64,000 nt of DNA from Candidatus Saccharimonadales bacterium (lineage in GTDB: Bacteria > Patescibacteriota > Saccharimonadia > Saccharimonadales > UBA10212): assembly GCA_038245195.1 (NCBI GenBank), contig JBBRSU010000001.1, forward strand, positions 192,121 to 256,120. Direction: 5' to 3'. Under the pieces are notes generated by a model. It made no database searches. It was not told the DNA's origin and was given only the letters and a program-made list of their open reading frames with translations. The translations under genes were made by a program, and so were the position numbers. Shown here piece after piece: positions 8,804-14,631 of this stretch. How positions within the stretch are numbered: position 1 is the first letter of the stretch; each line of letters begins with the position of its first letter.

Positions 8804-9754
8804 ATGAGTTTTTTGGAACAACTACCTAAGCCATTCTTTGTTTTGGCACCGATGGACGATGTTACAGACACGGTTTTCCGTCAAATTGTAGCGGGTTGTG
8901 CCAAGCCCGATTTAATGTTCACCGAATTCGTGAATGTTGATGGTCTGCAAAGCCCGGGCAGGGAACATCTAATGCATAAGCTCAAGCTATCGACCGCCGA
9001 AGGCCCGGTGGTGGCTCAGCTATGGGGCTTAAAACCTGAGAATTATTACAAAACTACTAAAGAGATTATCGAAATGGGCTTTGCCGGAGTGGATATTAAC
9101 ATGGGCTGCCCGGTAAAAACTGTTATTAAAAATGGTGCTTGTGCGGCACTTATAAATAACCGCCTGCTGGCTGGGGAAATCATTGATGCCGTCAAAGCAG
9201 CAGCAGGGGACACCCTGCCCGTCTCTGTTAAAACTCGTGTGGGTTTTACAACGATTGATATGAGCTGGATTGTTTTTTTGCTCAATAAAAAAATACTTAA
9301 CATGTTAAGTATTCATGGCCGGACGGCCAAGCAATTATCTAGCGTTCCAGCTAACTGGGACTTGATAGGCCAAGCCGCACAACTGCACACTTCCCTTTCA
9401 CCTTCAACTTTAATAGTTGGTAATGGTGATGTGATGAACCTCCAAGAGGCCGAGGATTTGGCAAAAAAACATAATTTAGATGGAGTGATGATTGGCCGCG
9501 GTATTTTTCATGACCCATTTGCGTTTGCTCAGGAAAGTCCGTGGCAGGGCTGGACCAAAGACCAAAAACTGCAACTTTTTGTTAAACATATAGAACTCTA
9601 TCTAAAAACTTATCAAGACGGTCAGCGCCGGTTCGAAACTTTGCGAAAATTCTGCAAAGTCTACATCAATGGCTTTGACGGAGCATCAGAACTTCGGACC
9701 AAATTTATGAATAGCAATACTCCAAACGAAGCCCTGGAGTTGCTAAAACAATAG
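8804..9754 (+). CDS. dus: tRNA-dihydrouridine synthase
   Basis: FVLAPMDDVTDTVFR, GVDINMGCP (catalytic Cys) and SIHGRT. Confidence 0.9.
   Translation: MSFLEQLPKPFFVLAPMDDVTDTVFRQIVAGCAKPDLMFTEFVNVDGLQSPGREHLMHKLKLSTAEGPVVAQLWGLKPENYYKTTKEIIEMGFAGVDINMGCPVKTVIKNGACAALINNRLLAGEIIDAVKAAAGDTLPVSVKTRVGFTTIDMSWIVFLLNKKILNMLSIHGRTAKQLSSVPANWDLIGQAAQLHTSLSPSTLIVGNGDVMNLQEAEDLAKKHNLDGVMIGRGIFHDPFAFAQESPWQGWTKDQKLQLFVKHIELYLKTYQDGQRRFETLRKFCKVYINGFDGASELRTKFMNSNTPNEALELLKQ
9292..9313. repeat. palindrome family copy D (AATACTTAAC-AT-GTTAAGTATT) inside dus
   Basis: Perfect 22-bp palindrome preceded by an A-run. Encodes KILNMLSI. Confidence 0.8.
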
Positions 9755-9764
9755 CCTTTATCTC

Positions 9765-9773
9765 TGTTATACT
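9765..9773 (+). promoter_or_regulatory. extended -10 promoter (TGTTATACT) for the following tRNA
   Basis: TGn-TATACT lies 9 nt upstream of the tRNA 5' end. Confidence 0.45.
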
Positions 9774-9782
9774 GGTGTTTAC

Positions 9783-9858
9783 GGGGGCGTAGCTCAGTGG
9801 TTAGAGCAGTCGGCTCATAACCGATTGGTCCCTGGTTCAAATCCAGGCGCCCCCACCA
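9783..9858 (+). tRNA. tRNA with CAT anticodon, probably tRNA-Ile2 (lysidine type); Met not excluded
   Basis: Acceptor GGGGGCG/CGCCCCC and anticodon loop CTCATAA. The body (AGTGGTTAGAGCAG..CTCATAA..TTGGTC.CTGGTTCAA.TCCAG) closely resembles my recollection of E. coli tRNA-Ile2. tilS is present in this window. Confidence 0.85.
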
Positions 9859-10325
9859 TGATTATGTTTGAGAAAATCCAAAATATTTATAACAACAAAA
9901 CCACCAAACAACTACTAGATGTCCGGAATCTTGGCTTGTACGTTTTTGGGATAGTGATTTTGGCAATTGCCTGGAGTGGTGCTAAAACCGTCCAGAATAA
10001 CTACGAACTGCAAAAGAAAATTTCTACACTCCAACAACAAAACGCTATTTTGTCGCTGGAAAACAACAATACTTATTTGCAAAACCAATATTATAAGACT
10101 GACCAGTATTTAGAGCTGTCAGCCAGGCAGAATCTAGGACTGGCCGCCCCCGGCGAACAAGTACTTTTGGTATCAAGAGAAGCGGCCCTCAAATACATAG
10201 ACCCAAACCTAGGCCAAACCACTGATACTACCAAAAACGCAGTGGCTGACAGCCGCTCAAAACCGGTTAAAAACCTGGAAGCTTGGCGCGATTTTCTCCT
10301 CGGTCGGAAGCTTTTTCAAAACTGA
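9858..10325 (+). CDS. septum formation initiator (FtsB/DivIC-like) protein
   Basis: TM helix, then coiled coil (LQKKISTLQQQNAILSLENN), then YLELSARQNLGLAAPGEQV. The ATG shares its A with the tRNA CCA end. The track ORF starting at 9825 runs through the tRNA. Confidence 0.6.
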   Translation: MIMFEKIQNIYNNKTTKQLLDVRNLGLYVFGIVILAIAWSGAKTVQNNYELQKKISTLQQQNAILSLENNNTYLQNQYYKTDQYLELSARQNLGLAAPGEQVLLVSREAALKYIDPNLGQTTDTTKNAVADSRSKPVKNLEAWRDFLLGRKLFQN

Positions 10326-10541
10326 GACAAACAGGGGTAAAACCGCTTCATTGATAAGTTTACAACATAGCTCACAGGGGCGGATTTGACTTATATTTTA
10401 CGACGTGTACGATGGTCTTTGTATCTCTACGTTTTTTGTGAGGTGGAGATGCATCAAAACCGAATCTAAAAACTGCTAAACTAATTAAATTTTATAACCG
10501 CGTAAATAGCGCGGGCGGTTTAGATTTGGTAAGGAGGATAA

Positions 10542-11168
10542 ATGCGTTTAGCGACGATAACAGCCGGATTGGCTGGAGCCGCGGTATTAGCAGTGCTTGG
10601 CAGTCCATCTGCACATGCACAAACACAACCACAAAACCAACAAAGCCAACCAAAAACAATTCAATCGGTGGTGGTAGCCGAAGGTGATACGCTGACGGCA
10701 ATTGCCGACGGCCATCAAACAACCTACGTTAGGATATTCGATGCTAACACTGGCATTACAGATCCTAATTTAATTTATCCAGGCGATAGTTTGCGGATTC
10801 CTGATGCCAGCGAACAGCTGGCAACGCGGGATATTCCAGCGGCTTTTGTGGCTGCAAATCCATTACCTGTGGCTCAAGCCCAAACACCACCCGCTCCTGC
10901 AGAAGCACCTCTGGCCCAGTCTGGTCCAGTTTCGGGATGCGGTGATAACCAATATGCCAACTTTATCTACTCCCATGAATCGGGTTGTAGAACTACGGCA
11001 ATGAGCCCTAACGGCTGCTTTGGCATCGGGCAAGCCTGTCCAGCCAGTAAGCTAGCCTATTGTGGGGCAGATTACGCCTGTCAGAACGACTTCTTCACGG
11101 CTTATGCCGGTAAATACGGTGGTTGGGCCGGGGCTTACGCCTTTTGGGTCAGCCACGGTTGGTGGTAA
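10542..11168 (+). CDS. secreted LysM-domain protein with Cys-rich Apf-like C-terminal domain (putative cell-wall-active protein)
   Basis: SD AAGGAGG. Signal peptide ...SPSAHA|Q. LysM domain VVAEGDTLTAIA...IYPGDSLRIP. C-terminus IYSHESGC...GIGQ...YGGWAGAYAFWVSHGWW. Confidence 0.8.
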   Translation: MRLATITAGLAGAAVLAVLGSPSAHAQTQPQNQQSQPKTIQSVVVAEGDTLTAIADGHQTTYVRIFDANTGITDPNLIYPGDSLRIPDASEQLATRDIPAAFVAANPLPVAQAQTPPAPAEAPLAQSGPVSGCGDNQYANFIYSHESGCRTTAMSPNGCFGIGQACPASKLAYCGADYACQNDFFTAYAGKYGGWAGAYAFWVSHGWW

Positions 11169-11223
11169 GCCTAGCCTAGCTTTTTGCAAAGCTAGCCAAT
11201 AAAAGTTTAGTTCACATCTATAC

Positions 11224-11260
11224 AAAAACTCCCCGTCTCGCTTGAGTCAGGGAGTTTAGT
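11224..11260 (+). terminator. hairpin terminator between the LysM gene and the tRNA
   Basis: AACTCCC...GGGAGTT stem with inner CTC-GCTT-GAG, flanked by an A-run and a T-rich tail. Confidence 0.5.
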
Positions 11261-11270
11261 ATTTAAAACT

Positions 11271-11345
11271 TGGTAGCGGGGAGAGGACTCGAACCTCTGA
11301 CCTCATGGTTATGAGCCATGCGAGCTGCCGCTGCTCCACCCCGCG
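11271..11345 (-). tRNA. initiator tRNA-fMet (CAT), CCA encoded
   Basis: Reverse complement is CGCGGGG...CTCATAA...CCCCGCT-A-CCA. Position 1:72 is unpaired (C1/U72), and there is an A11:U24 pair and a GG/CC pair at the base of the anticodon stem. Confidence 0.85.
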
Positions 11346-11460
11346 TTAACTTTGAAGGACAACCTACGGTTTTCCTTTAACGACACTTTCGGAATAAATC
11401 CGAATTCTGCTTAAGCAGAACCTTGTCTACTACCTTTCCCTTAATTAAAAAGGAAGACCA
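11346..11460 (-). ncRNA. unclassified structured RNA (copy A), co-transcribed upstream of tRNA-fMet
   Basis: Paralogue of 38935-39049. Sequence blocks are identical and four helices covary. It has its own promoter at 11468-11496. Confidence 0.55.
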
Positions 11461-11467
11461 ATGAGTA

Positions 11468-11496
11468 ATTCTAATCTGTTAAACCTTAAAAGTCAA
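11468..11496 (-). promoter_or_regulatory. sigma70-type promoter: TTGACT, 17-nt spacer, TAGAAT
   Basis: Minus-strand reading is TTGACTtttaaggtttaacagatTAGAAT. The predicted start is about 7 nt downstream, at the 5' edge of structured RNA A. Confidence 0.6.
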
Positions 11497-11716
11497 TCTG
11501 TTGCTGGAGTAACTATATATATTTGGTTTGGGCTTGCCCGGGCTGGTTATGTCTGGCTCAATGCTAGGCAGAACAATGATTAACAGAAGCGGCCCAATTT
11601 CCGGCTTACTTTTACGCAACCGTTTCATTAGTCCAATGTTCGTTTAATTTTTCACAAACACATGTTTAAAACTGTGCTTTAATAACAATTACAAAAGATT
11701 ACGAAGGAGGTTTTAT

Positions 11717-12139
11717 ATGAGTAAATCAACAATTGTAGGGGTAATAATCGTAGCTATTCTAGCAATCGGCGGTGTGTTGGCACTAACACATAAATCTAGC
11801 AACATTAATAACTCCACAACAAGCACTAACACTACATCGCAGACGAACGGCACCAGTTCTAGTGCCACAAATCAGGCATCAGCCACTGGCGCTATAGACA
11901 TTAAAAATATGATGTTCAAACCGCCCCAGATTACAGTGGCAAAGGGCGGAACTGTTACTTGGACAAATAATGATAGCGTTGCCCACACCGTAACTGACGA
12001 TTTGACCAATGTCGGCGGACCGGCCAGTGGCAATATCGCACCAGGTTCAACCTATAGCTTCACCTTTACCAAGGCCGGCTCATTCCAGTATCACTGCACT
12101 ATTCACCCCAGCATGCGCGGTACAATCGTAGTAAAGTAG
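11717..12139 (+). CDS. membrane-anchored cupredoxin (plastocyanin/amicyanin-like blue copper protein)
   Basis: SD GAAGGAGG. N-terminal TM helix and Ser/Thr/Asn-rich linker. Type-1 Cu ligands H..(C)TIH....M in VAHTV...YHCTIHPSMRG. Confidence 0.8.
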   Translation: MSKSTIVGVIIVAILAIGGVLALTHKSSNINNSTTSTNTTSQTNGTSSSATNQASATGAIDIKNMMFKPPQITVAKGGTVTWTNNDSVAHTVTDDLTNVGGPASGNIAPGSTYSFTFTKAGSFQYHCTIHPSMRGTIVVK

Positions 12140-12208
12140 TTTTTTTAGCTTAAAATCCGATGGTTCCGCGGTTGGTTGGCTCTTTTCGGTAAACCAAGAC
12201 TTTATTGA

Positions 12209-12367
12209 TTGAAGAGTGAGCCCCATAGGCCTCCATGGCTCGCCTGTCTTCTAGATGAGAAGTATAGGTCTCTACCGGGGGTGAAATTCGGGTTTACCGA
12301 AAAAGGCTGGGACTTGCTGTCAATAGTCGAGAGCATGGCCGACTGGGGCAACAAATATACTAAATAA
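12209..12367 (+). pseudogene. remnant of an HxlR-type transcriptional regulator (C-terminal ~50 codons only)
   Basis: The open frame reads ...YRSLPGVKFGFTEKGWDLLSIVESMADWGNKYTK*, resembling the HxlR wing/C-terminus (Y.LT.kG..L...l..l..WG). No N-terminal half and no start codon. Confidence 0.35.
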
Positions 12368-12393
12368 AAAACTCCCAGAACTGGGAGTTTTTT
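12366..12393. terminator. bidirectional intrinsic terminator
   Basis: AAAAAACTCCCAG-AA-CTGGGAGTTTTTT. Serves the convergent RRM gene and the HxlR remnant. Confidence 0.8.
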
Positions 12394-12410
12394 AAATCGA
12401 TTGGTAAAAA

Positions 12411-12683
12411 TTACCAGCGATTTTCGCGCGGGCGGTCCTCTTTAGGACGTGCCTCGGCGACCGAAATACTGCGTCCACCGACTTCTGAGCCGTTGAGCGC
12501 CTTTTCGGCGGTTTTGCCTTCTTCGTCATTTTCGAATTCAACAAAACCGAAACCTTTGCTGCGGCCGCTTTCGCGGTCACGTACGACGTTAGCGGAAGCT
12601 ACTGCGCCATGAGCGGCAAATAGTTCACGTAGTTCGTCGTCGGTGGTCGAAAAAGGTAGACCACCTACAAATACTTTGTACAT
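12411..12683 (-). CDS. RRM-type RNA-binding protein
   Basis: RNP-2 VFVGGL and RNP-1 KGFGFVEF. 90 aa. Confidence 0.88.
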   Translation of the reverse strand: MYKVFVGGLPFSTTDDELRELFAAHGAVASANVVRDRESGRSKGFGFVEFENDEEGKTAEKALNGSEVGGRSISVAEARPKEDRPRENRW

Positions 12684-12836
12684 ATTAGTTCCTTATTAAT
12701 TCTTACTAGGTACGACCCTTACTTGATCTGGTAGCTGAACTCTAGCACTGGGCCGAACATTCTCACCAAGAACAGATAAGCTCCTAACATGCCAAGTTAA
12801 ACATTAATTCAATAAAAAAGCAATTAATATTTTGGA

Positions 12837-12864
12837 TTGACTTTTAGAAAGAATTGTGTATAAT
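12837..12864 (+). promoter_or_regulatory. strong sigma70 promoter: TTGACT, 16-nt spacer, TGTG-TATAAT
   Basis: Consensus-like -35, a TG extension and a perfect -10. Confidence 0.6.
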
Positions 12865-12902
12865 ATTATTTAGGATTTAGCAAAAACAAAAAGGAAAAAA
12901 AG

Positions 12903-12983
12903 ATGCCACAACTAGCATATATTCTTATGCCAACGGCAGACTCACAAATCCTAGATTTGGATGAAGTGTTGTCGGAAGCTTAA
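12903..12983 (+). CDS. candidate small ORF (26 aa) MPQLAYILMPTADSQILDLDEVLSEA
   Basis: AAGGA lies about 9 nt upstream of the ATG and the strong promoter is about 40 nt upstream. No conservation evidence is available. Confidence 0.25.
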   Translation: MPQLAYILMPTADSQILDLDEVLSEA

Positions 12984-13062
12984 GCCAGCTTTTAGAATCA
13001 CAAAAAACTGCCTCAATCATTGGGGCCGTTTTTATTTACCAGGCGATTAACAGATGTAAATA

Positions 13063-13081
13063 TGCTATAATCCCATCTGTT
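13063..13081 (+). promoter_or_regulatory. conserved tRNA promoter motif TGCTATAAT-N5-CTGTT (copy 1)
   Basis: Extended -10 TGCTATAAT. The same 19-nt pattern lies upstream of tRNA-His and tRNA-Gly. Here the -10 is bracketed by the inverted repeat AACAGATG (13049-13056) / CATCTGTT (13074-13081). Confidence 0.6.
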
Positions 13082-13087
13082 AAATAC

Positions 13088-13164
13088 GCCAGGGTAGCTC
13101 AGTTGGTTAGAGCACAGGACTCATAAGCCTGCGGTCGCCGGTTCGAATCCGGCCCCTGGTACCA
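13088..13164 (+). tRNA. elongator tRNA-Met (CAT), CCA encoded
   Basis: GCCAGGG...CAGGA-CTCATAA-GCCTG...CCCTGGT-A-CCA. G1-U72 and A31/G39 are non-Watson-Crick. Confidence 0.85.
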
Positions 13165-13198
13165 GGCATCATATATCAAATATAATTTAAAGTAATTT

Positions 13199-13711
13199 AT
13201 GAATAATAAAGTAGACAGATTAGAGTATAACCCAGCCGAACAGCCGCAGACTGCGACCGATAAAGCCTTTCGCATAAGCCTTTACCTAAAAGGTCTTGAT
13301 GGTTTTTTAGAAACGCTTGGCGGCATATTACTATTGATAGTCAAACCGGAGCAGATAAATCATTTGGCAAGATGGTTTACCCAAGGTGAGTTATCCCAAG
13401 ATCCGCATGATTTTATCGCAAATCATATACTAAAATCAGCTCACCATGTGACTGGCACTTCTTTGGTATTTGGAGCTTTGTACCTATTAAGCCACGGCGT
13501 CGTAAAGATTTTCTTGGTCTATCAGGTATTACGCGACCGCCTGTGGGCTTATTTAGCATTGATTGGTGTAACTGGCCTATTTGTGATTTATCAAGTTTAC
13601 CGGTTGATAGACAAATTCTCGATGAGCTTATTCTTGCTAACTATTTTTGACCTAGTGATTATTTACTTGACCCAAAAAGAGTACCGTCGACAAGTTATAG
13701 CTAAGAAATAG
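13199..13711 (+). CDS. DUF2127-like membrane protein
   Basis: Four hydrophobic helices. YLLSHGVVKIFLVY pattern. Confidence 0.55.
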   Translation: MNNKVDRLEYNPAEQPQTATDKAFRISLYLKGLDGFLETLGGILLLIVKPEQINHLARWFTQGELSQDPHDFIANHILKSAHHVTGTSLVFGALYLLSHGVVKIFLVYQVLRDRLWAYLALIGVTGLFVIYQVYRLIDKFSMSLFLLTIFDLVIIYLTQKEYRRQVIAKK

Positions 13712-13713
13712 CA

Positions 13714-14622
13714 ATGAAAATCCAAATTCAAAAAGGTAAGTACATTTTGGCGGTTAGCGGTGGAGTGGATTCTATGGCTTTATTACATATGCTGGCTAAC
13801 AAACCGGGTTTTGAACTAGTGGTCGGGCATTTTAACCACAATATTAGAGAGGATTCCGGGCTTGATGAGCAACTGGTTAGAAAAACCGCAAAAAAATACA
13901 ACTTAATTTATGAAACGGCATCAGCAAACAATGGAGAATTAAAAAGCGAAGAATCGGCCAGAAACGCCCGATATGCCTTTCTTGCGAGGATAAAAAACGA
14001 ATATAAAGCCAAGGCTATTATTACGGCTCATCATCAGGATGACAAAATCGAAACAGCCTTACTAAATGTGATACGCGGCACCGGAAGAAAGGGCCTTTCA
14101 GCTATTTCCGATAATAAGGGAATAATAAGGCCATTACTGGGGGTGTCCAAGAACGAGTTACTAAATTATGCCAAGCAAAATAATATAATCTGGTACGAAG
14201 ATCCAACCAATCTAAGTTTAGACTATACGCGCAATCGTTTAAGGCTATCGGCGATGCCGAACTTAACTGATAGGAATCGCGAAAAAATAATTCGCAAACT
14301 AGATAAAGTCGCAAAATTAAATAAAGATATTGATGATAAAATCGCGACAATATCGCAGACTATATCCAAAGATGGCAAAATTAATAGAGTAGTATTTAAC
14401 AACTTGCCTGATGCAGTCGGCAAAGAACTAATCGCCTATTGGCTTCGATGTCAAAATATTCAAGACTTCGACAAGCCGACAATCGACAGACTCAGCAGTG
14501 TTATTAAGACTGCTAAAAATAATACAAGACATCCTATAAAACGTAATTATTCAATACTAGTAGGACTTGATTACGTACAGTTTAGCAACACCTTTAAAAA
14601 ACCCTATTCACTACTGGTATAA
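13714..14622 (+). CDS. tilS: tRNA(Ile)-lysidine synthase
   Basis: PP-loop AVSGGVDSMALLHML. Sits upstream of ftsH, a conserved synteny. Confidence 0.9.
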   Translation: MKIQIQKGKYILAVSGGVDSMALLHMLANKPGFELVVGHFNHNIREDSGLDEQLVRKTAKKYNLIYETASANNGELKSEESARNARYAFLARIKNEYKAKAIITAHHQDDKIETALLNVIRGTGRKGLSAISDNKGIIRPLLGVSKNELLNYAKQNNIIWYEDPTNLSLDYTRNRLRLSAMPNLTDRNREKIIRKLDKVAKLNKDIDDKIATISQTISKDGKINRVVFNNLPDAVGKELIAYWLRCQNIQDFDKPTIDRLSSVIKTAKNNTRHPIKRNYSILVGLDYVQFSNTFKKPYSLLV

Positions 14623-14631
14623 TAGCTTGGT

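Noticed and set aside
10326-10541. Possible ydaO-type (c-di-AMP) riboswitch upstream of the LysM/Apf-like cell-wall gene: two CAGGGG boxes, and CCGAATC...CTGCTAAAC resembling ACCCGA...CAGCTAACC
   Set aside because: The matches to the remembered consensus are short. A plausible promoter (TTGACT, 16 nt, TACGAT, about 10387-10414) lies downstream of both CAGGGG boxes, so they would not be transcribed. An Rfam cmscan is needed to settle this.
11346-11460. Interpreting the two ~115-nt tRNA-linked RNAs as 5S rRNA (right size, often tRNA-adjacent), SRP RNA, tmRNA or a ribozyme
   Set aside because: The 5' and 3' ends do not pair into a helix I, and the loop-C CCGAAC and loop-E motifs are absent. The two copies are too divergent to be rRNA paralogues. 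No SRP domain IV motif, no tRNA-like end and no hammerhead CUGAUGA/GAAA core is recognisable. Left as unclassified.
11461-11583. Plus-strand 40-codon ORF (MSNSNLLNLKSQSVAGVTIYIWFGLARAGYVWLNARQNND) with AAGGAAG upstream
   Set aside because: Its apparent SD and start are part of the conserved 5' block of the minus-strand structured RNA. The equivalent ATG in copy B runs straight into tRNA-Gly. It also overlaps the minus-strand promoter. It cannot be fully excluded.
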